Source: Carcharhinus longimanus (lineage: Eukaryota). Taken from it: a DNA stretch of 64,000 bases. Positions 1 through 12,373 of the stretch are shown here, in pieces; position 1 is the first letter of the stretch, and the number at the start of each line of letters is the position of its first letter. The notes beneath the pieces were generated by a model that worked only from the letters and a program-made list of their open reading frames with translations, searched no databases and was not told where the DNA came from. Both the position numbers and the translations under genes were made by a program. The stretch lies in the NCBI GenBank assembly GCA_030264375.1, contig JASCQW010000119.1, forward strand, positions 10,945,896 through 11,009,895, read 5' to 3'.

Positions 1-290
1 CTAGTAACAATAATGTCATTGAGACCCTCCAGTCCTACCACCTTTCCATCGCTAACACCCGGCAAATTATTCACGTCCTCTTCCGTGAAGACCGAAACAA
101 AAAAGTTATTCAAGACCTCAGCTGTTTCCCCATCCTCTACCACTGAGTCCCCCCTCTCATCCTCTGAGGGTCCAACGTTCACCCTAGCCAGCCTCTTCCT
201 TTTCATATATTTATAAAAACTCTCGCTATCCTTTTTTATATTAAGCGCTAGCCCAGCTTCATAGTTTATCCTACCCTTCTTTAAACCAAC
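1..290 (-). mobile_element. CR1 LINE ORF2 fragment
   Basis: Minus-strand translation AEVLNNFFVSVFTEED is the typical CR1 EN-RT linker. Confidence 0.85.
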
Positions 291-829
291 AAACTTCGGT
301 GAATGTCAACTTAGATTTTGAGTGCATGTGTGCAGTTGTAGAATGTTACGAACAGGATTCCCCAAATTCTTCGAGAGCTTCGTAGCGTGCATGATTGTAC
401 TCTGTGCAAGTGAATCATTTGTGAGTCCCTTTTCTTTCAGTAAAGCGTGCAAAGCACGCACTCACCAAGCATGTGCCCATTGTGCAAGCCACCGCAAGTA
501 AAATATGCAAGGTCACCTGACTCTTAACTATACTCAAAACTGTGCACATGTTGGAAATCTGAAATTAAAACAATACATGCTGTGTAAGCTCAGCAAGCCC
601 TGAAGGATCTGCCGTGAGAATATAATGTTAACGTTTCACAACCGAATGGCTCTTCCACAGAGCAGTTACCGTTTGCATTTCAGATCACTGTTATGCTTTG
701 TTCTGTGTTGACATTGGTGAATGCACAAGGCTGACACAGTAACATTGATTTCAAAATGTCTATTTGAAAGAGTCATCACATGATATCAGAACGTGATTGG
801 CAGATGGCAATTGAAATGAAGTGCTCGAC

Positions 830-1330
830 GACAGGAGCAGAGATGTCCTATTGAAACTGTCGGAACACTGATTAAGCCTGCATTGACTTATTATGTGCAT
901 TACTGAACACCACATTGTAGGACGATGTGCTTGCAGTGCAGACAATGCAAAGGAGCTTTACATTTTACCTTTGAAGAGAAATTGGAAAGGTTAGGTTGTT
1001 TTCGATGGAGCAGCCAATGATGAGTAGGGAACTAAAAGAAATGGATGGGATGATAATCGGTATAAATGTGTTGCATAATCAGGCATTTTTTCCTTTAGTA
1101 GAGTGGCCAACAACACCAGGCATAGACGGAACTTAAGTGGTAAAATGCGAAGAGGGAAGTCAGGGCAAATATTTTCTCCTTATGTTGGGCTTTTTTTCTG
1201 AAGTTCGCTGCCTGAAACGGTAGTTCCGTTAGAAACAATCGTAAAATATCAATGTTTAGATGTTCACTTTGGCAGTAGCACTGTCCCGCGTTATTGACCA
1301 AGCGCTGACAAATAGATGCATCTTGCCGCA
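830..1330 (+). mobile_element. Old degenerate CR1 3' fragment
   Basis: Remnants SRDVLLKL...EKLERLGCFRW...FPLVEW of the CR1 ORF2 C-terminus. Confidence 0.65.
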
Positions 1331-1600
1331 TCTTTGTTGACAGACATGAGCATGATAGTCTACCAACGCATATGAATCTATGAATGCAATGTGACAATTC
1401 GACTAACATCCATGTTGTCGCAAATATAGAGTGGAACATCAGGAATAAATTGCCAGCGCAAGTGCTAAATTTGGACAATGGAATTAATTGCGTAGACGTT
1501 TATTGAAGTATGCACTGACAATGGATCCTTGCATTTATGCATTCTTTCAGCTGTGTCTCTACTGACGAAATAAATCAGCCTTGTCGTCTCAAATCCACAA
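1330..1600 (+). pseudogene. Degenerate IgV-like exon
   Basis: NIEWNIRNK ... DNGSLHL ... STDE across frames. Confidence 0.35.
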
Positions 1601-1625
1601 ATCACTTACCATTTCTTGTGTTTAG

Positions 1626-1652
1626 AATTGGAAGATCTGCAGCTTAAATGCA
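1626..1652 (+). CDS. 27-nt phase 1-1 microexon (E)LEDLQLKC, family B
   Basis: tttag|AATTGGAAGATCTGCAGCTTAAATGCA|gtaagt; paralogs at 23831, 42828, 61952. Confidence 0.75.
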
Positions 1653-1730
1653 GTAAGTAGCAGAATAAGTGAATATACGCTTTGGAATATCTGATAATCA
1701 GCACGAATGCTCTCTTACTATAGTGCACAG

Positions 1731-1754
1731 ATACAGACGGATTACTGGAAGCCA
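1731..1754 (+). CDS. 24-nt phase 1-1 microexon (D)TDGLLEA
   Basis: cacag|...|gtgcgt, open in phase 1. Confidence 0.35.
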
Positions 1755-1947
1755 GTGCGTCACTTGAACCACTTCCACAATCCAATCACAACAATCCATG
1801 TGTATCCTGAATATTACGAGCTACATCCATTGGCATCCTTCCAGAACAATGACACTGATGCCCGGTTTGAATCCCCAACTTATTTCTTCCCAAATTTCCT
1901 CAGAGCTAAGTTGAAGTTAGTGCTGTTTTTCTTTGCTTCTTCTTTAG

Positions 1948-2027
1948 AAGCCGCATTCTAGTTCTCCTGGGATTGCGTGTCCATGACTTGCTGAACAGGG
2001 AAATAGAGAGAGAAAAGATAGAGTACA
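1948..2027 (+). pseudogene. 80-nt coiled-coil-like exon, frameshifted (LRVHDLLNREIEREKIEY)
   Basis: Strong polypyrimidine acceptor, gtaagg donor, 1 nt short of 81. Confidence 0.4.
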
Positions 2028-2376
2028 GTAAGGGTGTATGGGCTCAGCAACTCAGACTAACGGGGAATGTGAATTACATAGAAATAAGTATAATTATATT
2101 GGAATTGGATGCATGTCACATAAACGGAATATTATGTCCAATCGCTCTTACGGTGCTTATGTCCCTTTAAGAGATCCGTCCATCCACCTTTATCTGTATT
2201 GGCGTATAAATAATCATCAGTAAAGGCATCTATAGCATTTGCTTCAACACAGCTATTGTAATAACTCAACGCAGTTGAGCAAATATTCCATTCGTTAAAT
2301 AGAGTGAGTGTCGTCTGCATCATGCTCCACTGATTTTCCATCAGATATACGACCGGTTTATTCTGTTTTCTCACAG

Positions 2377-2403
2377 AGCTAGATTCGGCGGGAAAAGGCT
2401 CAG
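2377..2403 (+). CDS. 27-nt phase 1-1 microexon (E)LDSAGKGS
   Basis: ttttctcacag|...|gtaaag. Confidence 0.6.
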
Positions 2404-2472
2404 GTAAAGCAAGATATTTTCTAAGATATATTTTCTCCATATGATTCAACAAAGGGTAACATGATTTTACAG

Positions 2473-2830
2473 CATTAGCTTCATTGATTTGCAATAAATG
2501 ATAAATCACGTATATCTATGCTGCGTTGTCGTCCATTCAAGGAGGTATATTCTGTTCATTTCTTGGGAATGTCAGCCGAAAAGTCAGATGTAGTCTTTTT
2601 GGAGTCTCGAGTCCATTCCCATTGCAAAAATGCCTTTTTTGCTGCAGAAAAGTGAATCAACCCCATGACCCGGGTTTTCCACCAAAACTAACTAACTGTC
2701 ACTCAGTTAATACGAGGGAAGACAAATTGCAGGTTGCCGTGTGATCTGTTGATTCAGGGGTGTGTTCGATTCGGAAGCAAACCAGCACCGTCAAAAAAAG
2801 GGTTGATGGGACACATAAATATTCGTTTTC
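2473..2830 (+). pseudogene. Degenerate IgV-like exon
   Basis: acag acceptor; IFCSFLG, SRVHSH, SVDSGVCS across frames. Confidence 0.4.
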
Positions 2831-3008
2831 TTTAACTTTTTTATACACTTGAAATAAATAATTAGAATTCTCAGTTTTTAACGTGAAAATTCTCCATGTT
2901 CTTGCACGTTTTGACTGGAGAGAGCTGTTATATAGCCTACAACTCTCTCTGAAAGACGATTCGTTTTTCTGTTATTCATTTAATTCTTTCCCCATCTTTT
3001 TACCATAG

Positions 3009-3230
3009 CCGTCCCTGAGATATAGAAACGTATCCTTTTGAATCACCTTCAGAAACAGTCAGTTTCTCCAATTGCCTCATTTCATACTTTGAATGGGTTT
3101 CTTTCAACGTTGTTTTGGACATCGGTTCCATATGCCAAAAGGAGGAGACCCGTGGACTCATCTATGCGACAAAGGCCACATTTTTGAGTGGAACCGGGAG
3201 GCAATGTTGTTATGGAATAATGTATATAAC
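3009..3230 (+). pseudogene. Degenerate IgC-like exon
   Basis: Strong acceptor; AVPEI, LNGFLSTLFWTS, EETRGLIY. Confidence 0.35.
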
Positions 3231-3399
3231 TGTATATTATGGGACATTATTGTTCTCATTTATGAGATCGGCTTTACATTCACTGATGTGTGCATTGCCA
3301 AAATACCGCTACTATTACCTAACAGCTAACTGAAACATGATTTACATCACTGCCAAAACAACAACCAAATTCAGGTTGTCAACCAATTCGCCTTCGCAG

Positions 3400-3426
3400 A
3401 AAAAGAGCACCGCAAAGAGGATGATG
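3400..3426 (+). CDS. 27-nt phase 1-1 microexon (E)KEHRKEDD
   Basis: ccttcgcag|...|gtaaga. Confidence 0.6.
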
Positions 3427-3695
3427 GTAAGAATTGCGAATCTGAACTTCCGTTGAACTTATTTTCCGTTGTTCTGTCAAATGAACTTGCCCACTGCCAA
3501 GTTCCAATTTCATTAGCCACCGGTCTTATCAGACAAGAAGTACCTGACCCCACTTTAAATTAATGAGATGAAAATGTCGCGGGACTGACAGCAAATAAAA
3601 TTAAATATGGACACTGGGATAGTCGGAGCCGAACGATTCCCTCCAACAACTTGGGACCAGACCCACAACGTAACAACCAGCGACCGTTTCAACAG

Positions 3696-3722
3696 CTTCC
3701 CTCTGAATTACAACAGTTGTAC
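3696..3722 (+). pseudogene. 27-nt microexon candidate (stop in phase 1)
   Basis: tttcaacag|27 nt|gtaagg. Confidence 0.35.
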
Positions 3723-3856
3723 GTAAGGTTTCCTCAGATTTCAAGAGCAATGGCATTGTTTTGCGCGCTGCCCCAATCGAAACATAATCTTAATTACCTG
3801 AATTCCCCAATGCGAGACGTGGGTTTGAAGCACTTTACTCATGCCTTCTGCCTTAG

Positions 3857-3874
3857 CGTTGTCCAGCAGCACTG
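3857..3874 (+). CDS. 18-nt phase 1-1 microexon (A)LSSST
   Basis: ccttctgccttag|...|gtaata. Confidence 0.4.
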
Positions 3875-4108
3875 GTAATAGCGGACTAAAAGCATAAATC
3901 AGTTTCGGTCACAAGACTATAAACTGTGATTAATCGAGATTTATTTTTTTAGAACGAAAGCTCGAAAATGGATGTTTTCAGCTGAATCATGTTATACTTT
4001 AATATGTTAAAAATGCAATAAATTTCACCAAATTATTTAAATAAATCAATCATTTCAATGAATTATGTAACTGTCATTTGATGGCTATAGAAATGTTTCG
4101 TAAAACAG

Positions 4109-4334
4109 ACGTTTGTGGGTGTCATGCTCTGGGAAAAACGAACCGGTGTCCTTGTGTTGTGATATTGCAACTGACTCCAGGATTTTTTGCCGGGATTTTT
4201 ACTCCTTCCGGCTGCATTGAAGTCAGAAACCTCTTTAAGGAGGTAGCCACACAGCCATCAAAGAAGAAGGACGACAGTGGGCGTTAAAGTGGTAAAACAA
4301 TACGTAGACCAAATTACTGACTGTTCGGTCCATG
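4109..4334 (+). pseudogene. Degenerate Ig-like exon
   Basis: aacag / gtaagg boundaries; EPVSLCCD, DDSGR*SG (decayed DxGxYxC), KLLTV. Confidence 0.35.
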
Positions 4335-4419
4335 GTAAGGTGAACGGACCAGTTGAAATGCTTTGATGAATTGATGTAAACACGAATTGAAAGATTTAGT
4401 TCGCATCATGGCAATTAAG

Positions 4420-4440
4420 CATTTAACACCACTCTACGAA
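4420..4440 (+). CDS. 21-nt phase 1-1 microexon (A)FNTTLR
   Basis: aag|...|gtaaga; weak acceptor. Confidence 0.3.
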
Positions 4441-4659
4441 GTAAGAATTTCTATGAAGACGACTATTTCTATTTTAATAGGTTCGTGAGATATCGATGTT
4501 TTCGGCATTTGTTACCTACCCTTACCCGGCTACATCCTACAGTTCAAAGACGTGCGGGTTAGGTTGATTGGCCATGCTAGCCCTTGTGTTACGGGGATCA
4601 GCAGGGTAAATGTGAGGGTCTGAATGACCTCCTTCCGTAGTGTAGGGATTCTATGAACT

Positions 4660-4920
4660 TATTTCCCTGTGATTGGATGCAGCGGCAAATTAACAATACA
4701 TCGCAGTACAATGAGTCTGTAGTAACATGGAGGAAAGGAGGAAGGGAGGTTTTTCTACTCGTTCTGGCATTAATAAACAAATTGCCCCCTTCACCTTCCA
4801 ACAACTGATGAAATCTGTGATGGCTTCCATCATTGTGATTAGATTTATTTTACAGATGATTCCTTTCAAATTGCATTCCGCCCACGACTGCGTTCTCCAA
4901 TCCCAATAAAAGATAAATTT
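4660..4920 (+). pseudogene. Degenerate IgV-like exon
   Basis: SVVTWRKG ... QQLMKSVMASIIV ... TDD. Confidence 0.3.
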
Positions 4921-5539
4921 GCACTGGTTGCGTGCATTTCTAATCCCGTAACGTTATAATCCTGTGTGCTGATGATGCCCTCGAGTCAAAGGCATGGATC
5001 TGAGGTGCAATTCTTCGTGCTGAGTGAGGAATAATGTCCATGTACAGCCCGTGGTGGTGTATGTACGGGCAGACGAATTCATCATAATCGTTGGTAAATG
5101 TTTAATTTATCGCGTTTGTTCGTCTCTCTAACGGTCATTCTCAACGTATACTCCAGAAGACTTAGAACATTGAACATTACAGCGCAGTACAGGCCCTTCG
5201 GCCCTCGATGTTGCGCCGTCATCTGCATATCCAACTACTTGCCACCACCAGCTCATGTGTTATTGTTAGCCTCACTTAGGAGCAAAATGAATATACCATC
5301 TGTGCTCATGTTGTTGCGTAACCTTTCCTCACACCCAGCTCCATGCTTGAAACTTAAATCCTTCCATAGTGTTGCCATCATTTTTCCCCATGCTTCCCGA
5401 AAACACATGATCAAAACTACCCCCGCCACCATGTGTCTCTGATGACATGGATAAAGTGTCCATCTTCATGTGGGCTTGCCTACAACTGTTAAAAGGTTGA
5501 TCACATGAACTTCCTCAACCCACCGCCAAATGCACATTC

Positions 5540-5780
5540 GTAGTATTGTTCTTGACTGTGCTAATTGTTATCCAATTGTCGCAGCAGTTTAACTTTCAAT
5601 GTTTCTCTTCCAATTACCCAATCACGGAAATTACTGTTCTGTGGAACATATGCTAATTCCCTTATATTTTGACATTGTCTGAAACCAGTTATCCCAACAG
5701 AATCTCTCATGAGACCTGCATGGTCGCTAATCTGCGAGACTGGCAAGCTGAATGAAAGCGCTTTGTTCACTGCGCTCATT
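5540..5780 (+). pseudogene. Degenerate IgC-like exon
   Basis: NYPITEITVLW ... TCMVAN. Confidence 0.4.
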
Positions 5781-5932
5781 CAGAGGATTGAATTATTTGA
5801 GTTTGGCATCAACTCTCGACGCGATTCTTTCAGTATTGCATCCAATGACTTGATAACGCTTGAAAAAAATATTGTTTGAAATCTTCACTTGGCACTTCAG
5901 CTCAAATTAACCAACCTCTGTTAATGATCAGA

Positions 5933-6257
5933 GACATAGAACCCTACAATGCAGAAAGAGGCCCTTCTGCCCATCGAGTCTGCACGGACCACAATCCCTC
6001 CCAGGCCCTACCACTAATCCTTCCCATTAATTCCTCTAACCTACGCATCCCAGGACACTGAGGGACAATTTTAGCATGGCCAATCAACCTAACCCGCACA
6101 TCTTTGGACTGTGGGAGGAAACTGGAGCACCCGGAGGAAACCCACGCAGACACCAGGAGAATGTTCAAGTTTCACACTGACAGTGACCCGAGCCGAGAAT
6201 CGAACCCAGGTCCCTGGTGCTGTGAAACAAAAATGCCAACCACTGTGCTACCGCCGC
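5933..6257 (-). mobile_element. HE1-type tRNA-derived shark SINE
   Basis: tRNA-like head, core ggttaggttgattggccatgctaaattg, CR1-like tail. Confidence 0.9.
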
Positions 6258-6714
6258 CAGATTAGCGGCCATGCAGGTCTCATGCCTCTTCCTAGTTCCA
6301 AACAATCACCAACTATTCTATTTCATTACTGACTTGTCTCCACCCTGCTTCACTGCCTTATGGAAAGTTAAATTGCCCGTGCCTTTACTCGTAGCAATGC
6401 TCGTTCATCTAACAGCACCTTGCCCGCTGGTTCGCACGGTTCCTATCAAGCAATAATTTGATAAAAATGTTCTTTCAATCTTCTTTTTCAGCTCTCTCAA
6501 TGCCCTCACCCACTTACCTTTGTAATCTAATTAACTCTCACAATCCTTTTACACCTCTGATTCCAAGCTTTTTTAACATTTCTCCTGGTAGTCGCACCAT
6601 CGTCACTTTGACGTGCTGCCAGCTATCTAAGGCAGGAACCCTGAAATAGTGTCCCAACATGTCTTCGTCTATTTTCGGAGCATTAAATGATTCCCTTGGA
6701 TTGCTATGCCACTT

Positions 6715-6990
6715 TTAGTTAAGGGTCTACCTGAATTCGTCATTGATGTAACTTGCATGCGCATAGCATCCCCGCAGATGTTGTTAGCCTCCTTTGGGTG
6801 ATCAGACATGAAGGTGTTCATTGCATATTGAATTGAATAACTATTTTCGGCCCGAAGATTCGAGTTAAAGTCATATTTCAGGATTTTATCGTGGCGGGAG
6901 GCGCTTTAGTTACGTTTCCAAAGAGGTTGACTTGATAATCGTGATTTAATAATGTTGATTTGATCAATTGAACTTTGCAATACATACGAT
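6715..6990 (+). pseudogene. Degenerate IgV-like exon
   Basis: SLLWVIRHEGVHC ... IFQDFIVAGGALVTF. Confidence 0.4.
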
Positions 6991-7249
6991 GGCAGGCAGG
7001 AAAAACGTTTTCATCCAACCTAGGAAAAGCAATGATAACCAAATACAATAATTTGCTAAACAAAAATGTGGGTCAATCTGAACTGGAAAAATGGATTGAT
7101 AGTGGCTAGTTGAGGGGAACGCCAAGTCCGGCACGTGGGAGGCTTATTTAAGGCCAGTTCACCGAAGGGGAGGACAGTCATCTCCCGAAGGAATGTCTTT
7201 GAAAATGAAGGATAGAAATGGCAGGATTCGGGAACCATGGAAGTTTTTA

Positions 7250-7465
7250 ATGTATAGGGGCTGCCTGAGGATATGATGGAAACAGACACGTTAGCAACAC
7301 TTAAGAGGCATCTGGATGGATGCATGAATAGGGAAGAAATAAAGGGATGTGAACAAGAGAGGGCAGAAAGCGTTCTTTTTGTTGTTAGTTAGGTCATCAT
7401 GATTGCCATCGGCTAGGAGTTCCATTCTGTTCCTGTACTATAATTTTATTTGTTTTTTTTGTTCG
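7250..7465 (+). mobile_element. CR1 3' end fragment
   Basis: ETDTLATLKRHLDGCMN, followed by a 3' tail. Confidence 0.75.
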
Positions 7466-7927
7466 CATGGAAGTCTCTGGTTATAAGAGTGTTGTAAATG
7501 CATGGCACCTGCAGAAGGAGAGGTGTCAGTCATGGGTACTTTATTTGCAAGTACCCATTATTTGTTTATTTACAAACAAATCGGCACAACCATCAGTCTA
7601 CTGTACTGCCCAGTGGGTCCACATGCCGAAATATCGGATTCAATATGAATGATTGACAAATGGCATTTAAAAAGGCATTTAAATTTCACACCCAAACATC
7701 TAAGATGCTCTATTATTAATACAATGAAGGTGCATACAGTAAAACGTTATATACATATATATGTATAGACCTTCAAAGCAATTTGCTTCAATTTGAACTT
7801 TGGAAATAACATATTCAGAGTGGGTCTGCTCATTGAATACTTCAAATCAATATTAGCCACTTAAAACATAAAAATTACATGTCAAAGGTTTGTGGTTATG
7901 TGGTTATAATGCTTATTTCTTTAATAG

Positions 7928-8211
7928 TGGACGGCTGGTGAAAATTAAGGAGTAATCCGAAAACGATATTATAACCCATCGTGATAATATCAAGAACGGT
8001 ATCCCAAACTATCTTGAAGAAATGACAATGGAAGTCGTCGTAATGTCTGAAGTGCAATGGCGGGGCAATCTGAAAATGTCGCCAATATTGGGACCACAAA
8101 TAGTGATTTGTCATTTGTCAGACCATTCAAATCACCTGAAAAAAAAAACTCCCACGATGGGACGCGTGGCCGATGGTTCAATATAACATGTCATCCAGCA
8201 AATGTTCGCAG
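7928..8211 (+). pseudogene. Degenerate IgV-like exon
   Basis: ttaatag / gtgaaa boundaries; PIVII, EVQWRG, DLSFVRP, DG. Confidence 0.3.
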
Positions 8212-8381
8212 GTGAAAGATAATGATATGGAATAACGGCAAAATACCGATTCCAGTTGCTTACAGCAATGAAAGTTAAGATTGATATTGACTAGAGAATA
8301 ATTGAATCATTCCCATTTTGCTGCATACGGTGACAATCTAGGCTTTGTAGTTCACGTTATTCCTTGTATTCATTCTATTAG

Positions 8382-8417
8382 GTTTAGAAAATCTTAAAGC
8401 AGCTTTAGTGCGATCGG
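8382..8417 (+). CDS. 36-nt phase 1-1 microexon (G)LENLKAALVRS, family C
   Basis: ctattag|...|gtgagt. Confidence 0.7.
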
Positions 8418-8704
8418 GTGAGTGCACAGTGCTTGTGTTTGGTTAAAGTTTAGCTTTTTTTAGCGAGCTTTCATCTTATTTCGATCAAACATTTGTTTTC
8501 CATTATTCCCCACTGGTAGTCGTTATTAAGGAAGTCTCAATGTATTTCGCAATGTTTAAAAGAAACGAAGACATGTAATCAACGTATTGTCAGCATTCAA
8601 CCTGAGTAATTATTTGAGGATTCACTTTTACTGCATTCGTTCCATAACCACTTAAGGATTATATTCCACGTTGAATGATTTTATATATATATATATGTGT
8701 GCAG

Positions 8705-8960
8705 AAATGATAACAATATCATTCACTCTGAAACACATGATCTGCTTTCAATAGTGTTGCTGAGCAAGCATTTTTAATGGTGGACAGAGGATTTGAAAAC
8801 AAATATCTAGATTGGACGGTAGTTAGGGATGAACAAGGATTTATTCAAAGTGAAATCAGACAAAGACGGTTGAATGAAAGCAACATCAAGTAGCCAAGCG
8901 TATTTTGAAGTGCGGTAATGCATCTCTTTTGAAAAAAAGAACGATGACAGTGTTAATTTT
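8705..8960 (+). pseudogene. Degenerate IgC-like exon
   Basis: WWTEDL ... NKDLFKVKS. Confidence 0.35.
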
Positions 8961-9059
8961 CATTCAATAACGTGTCGTGAACAATAGTTCGCAGTTTAAT
9001 AGAATTGAAATAAATTACCAGGCCCCTCAACGCATTTATTTCCGGTTATTTTATCACAT

Positions 9060-9086
9060 AAAATAATCTGATTGCCAAGCAAAAAG
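9060..9086 (+). pseudogene. 27-nt microexon (E)NNLIAKQK, family A, acceptor mutated
   Basis: cacat (for cacag)|...|gtaagg. Confidence 0.5.
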
Positions 9087-9419
9087 GTAAGGAGTGTGAA
9101 CCGACATTTCCTTTGAATGTGCACGTTTGATTTCGATCATTTACAAGTTTAGGATTGCGCAATTGAATGAGAAGGTTTAAATGTTACGTCCCGGCTTCCA
9201 ACTAAACGGTTATATGTTAAATGTTCATATGTCACATACTGTAGGGAATAATCGGCAATAAAATTAAAGTGAGATACTTGTGAATTAACGAGAAGCAATG
9301 ATGACAATGGATTGCTTCTAACGGATATGACGTGTGTGAAGAACATGCTTACTTAAAAATTATCGGCAGTCTTCGGAATTCGGACATTCTCGCCCCTGAG
9401 TTTATTTTAAGATAACAAG

Positions 9420-9670
9420 CGCACTTTAGTCCATGAGTCAAACGTTTTTGTTCCCCAAATAAATTGCGAAACTTCATCTAGATGGCCAGTGTGACACTTG
9501 CTGAAGTCACAATTGTCTTATATATTTGTATGAAATGATAACTGCTGCTGACAGCCTGACTGCTCAGCTTGATCCATTGATAGAACATGGTTTGTTCGAA
9601 GGCCTTTTCTGGACATTTCAGTTTGAACACAGTGTTTGCACTTGAAGACGATTTTGAAGAAACAGCGTTG
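9420..9670 (+). pseudogene. Degenerate BTN-type IgC exon
   Basis: INCETSSRWP ... DSLTAQLDPLIEHGLFE. Confidence 0.45.
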
Positions 9671-9713
9671 CTCCTTGTTTTCCTGCTCCTGTGTTATCTG
9701 CAATCTGGTGGAA
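9660..9713 (+). pseudogene. Leader-like hydrophobic exon remnant (ALLLVFLLLCYLQSGG)
   Basis: Hydrophobic core, phase-1 gttagc donor, about 540 nt upstream of an IgV exon. Confidence 0.35.
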
Positions 9714-9909
9714 GTTAGCTTTCAAACATAAAATGTCCAGCTCTGCATAACAGAGTTATTTTGACAACTTGCATAGCTTTGAGAAGCAAAGGATAACAAA
9801 GAAATTAATTCAAACAATTTCCATCTGAAAAGACGTCCACTTATCCCCTGTCAAGATAACATATGAAATCAACAGTACCAAGATACTTTCAACCATCATC
9901 CTTCTTTAA

Positions 9910-10020
9910 GTGTTTATTTGTGTGTGTGTGTGAGTGGTGTGTGTGTGCGCGCGCATGTGTGTGGACATCTGTGTGCATGCGTTTGTGTGTATGTCCAGGA
10001 CATGCATCTGGATGTGTATG
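9910..10020 (+). repeat. Imperfect (TG)n microsatellite
   Basis: Directly visible. Confidence 0.9.
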
Positions 10021-10251
10021 TTGGATATTCAACATGATTAAATTGTTACAATTCCTCATTATGCCAACCAGTTTTGAACTTTTCTGTAACTAAGTTCTGC
10101 TTCGTAATAAATTTATTGGCAGAAGCCTGTGTGAAGTTTACTTTCTGATGGATATATGTGATGCCGTCGTCATGTTCGTGAGTGTGTCAAAAGTTGATGC
10201 TATTTTTTCGACCTGGCCATTAGTGGGCTTAGAATTAATTGCACACTTTCC

Positions 10252-10609
10252 AATTTCTATCTCATAACAAATATGCTTATTTCCCTTTCAGTTGATGCAG
10301 TGTACTTTCGCTGATTAGTTGGATTTCGTTGACTAAGGCCTCCTATGGCATTTTAGGATGACGTTCTACATTTATATGCAGCTCAGATACTAAAGAGTTG
10401 ACAAGAATACGTAAATTCGTGACAATGTCGCACCATGGTATATCGGTGCAGACTACAAAATCATACAAGTGAAATATTGAGAAGTGGAAAAGGAAGCAAA
10501 GGCAATGCTGCCGCCGGTATGAAAAAATTCGTTCTGCTTGATAAATCAACTACGCCTTCATTCCTTCTGATGGAATATCCAATAATGCTTTGTTAAATTA
10601 AAATAAGAC
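10252..10609 (+). pseudogene. Degenerate butyrophilin/B7-type IgV exon
   Basis: DAV ... LLWHF, DDVLHLY ... QEY, KGNAA, SDGISNNALLN resemble BTN IgV (VVHLY, KGNAAL, DG..EA.L.L). Confidence 0.6.
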
Positions 10610-11758
10610 ATACTTTATGTTTTACTGCTTATAAGCAGCAAGAGTCGTGCAACTAGATTATATATTGTACCGTGCTGAAAGACAGGTAATTCATAATGTT
10701 AGAAATGCTTTTGTAATTTGATACATAGAGAATCGGAGGGTTGAACTTGGTTACTTTACTCCAATCCCCCAAGGCACCACATATGATTTTTGCTGGATAA
10801 CTGTTGCTTTCTGTAGAATGTTGTACGTTTTTCATATTTTGAGTTTGAAGATGTGTCTATAGGCCTTTTAAACACTCACATTGTTACGCTTTACAATTAA
10901 ACATATGTTTCCAATTAATTTTTATATGATACTAGCCAGTCCCGATTTAATGAAAAACGGGTTTACATAGGGGCAGGGAAATCTCAACGTATTTGTAGGA
11001 TATGCTCAGTCATTCAACGAGATTTTCTTATTAATTTATTTTGTTTAGGTATGGGCGTCGTTAACAAGACAAACATGTGTTTCATATATCTAATTGGCCC
11101 AAAGTGAATGGGTGGAAAGGCTTTATTTTTAAGTGGACTGTTAGTAGTCAGGAACATTGCTTTGGACCTGGAGTCTGTTAAACACAGAGATTCATCCTCT
11201 TTACCTCAGATCGTAACATGCTAAGTTTGGGGAAGTGTTATCTGTTCATGATTAATGTTTAGAGATCCACTAACATAAAGGCTTGCTTTAAAAGAAGGGT
11301 AGACAAAGTGTTATATTTAAATAACCAGGAACCTCAGGTTGAGTATCCAACATACAAGTCCACATGCATGTTCTGCACATTATGAAACTCAGGTACAGTT
11401 CGATGAAATGCTGTTCGAATTACACAAGGAACATTCATTGCTTAAAGCAAAAATATCAGAATTCGAGTAACACTCAACAAATGATACAACCAGACTTGAT
11501 GAATTTTAGAAGCTTTCTGTAGTCGTTCTATAGTTTTGTGCTGTCTTTAAGCGCTGATAGAACATTTACCTTTTGCTGGTTCGGAGCTAGTTATGTGTAA
11601 GACGTTTGTGAAGCTGGCAGGATTAAGAATTGACTGTCCAGCTAATGTAATTGCGATTAACTGCCTTTAAATGCTTCAGGTGGTCTGGCTCCGCTTCTGG
11701 TTGAACTTTTGGCTCAACACATGGCTGGACATCTGGTTCAACTCTCCTCAAAGCAGTT

Positions 11759-12365
11759 ACATAGCAACATAGCACAGTACAGCATATTACAGGCCTTTCG
11801 GTCCTCAATGTTGTGCCTAGCTATGCCCAAACCCAAGATCAAGCTATCCCACTCCCTATCATTCTGGTGTGCTCCATGTGCCTATCCAATAACCTCTTGA
11901 AACTTCCTAAAGTGTCCGAATCCACTATCACAGCAGACAGTGTATTCCACACCCCAACCACTCTGAGTGAAGAATCTACCTCAGACATCCCTCCAAATCT
12001 CCCACCATGAACCTTATAGTTATGCCGTCTAGTAACAGCTACATCCACCCAACGAAATAGCCTCTGCATGTCCACTCTATCTATCCCCCTCATCATCTTA
12101 TAAATCTCTATTAAGTCGCCTCTCATCCTCCTCCGCTCTAAAGAGAAAAGCCCCAGCTCCCTCAACCTTTCCTCATAATATCTACCCTCCAAACCAGACA
12201 GCATTCTGGTAAATCTCCTCTGCATTCTCTCCAATGTTTCCACATCCTTCTTATAGTGAGGTGACCAGAACTGCACACAATATTCCAAATGTGGTTGCAT
12301 TAAGGTTCTCTACAGTTGCAGCATAACCCCACGGCTCTTAAACTCAAACCCCCTGTGAATAAATG
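11759..12365 (-). mobile_element. CR1 LINE 3' fragment
   Basis: ORF 11839-12300 PHLEYCVQFWSPHYKKD...GDLIEIYK. Confidence 0.95.
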
Positions 12366-12373
12366 CTAATCTC

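Noticed and set aside
1610-2193. Minus-strand exon chain (2152-2193, 1719-1990 PYD-like, 27-nt 1610-1636)
   Set aside because: It overlaps better-supported + strand exons (family B at 1626 has three paralogs), and the PYD resemblance needs several frameshifts; probably chance.
2132-2509. 125-aa minus-strand ORF
   Set aside because: No recognisable domain; it is antisense to a + strand microexon and the start of an IgV.
466-10810. 51-nt minus-strand microexon candidates (466-516, 10760-10810) and a 32-nt candidate (6988-7019)
   Set aside because: Weak acceptor, off-frame length or no paralog family; consistent with the background rate.
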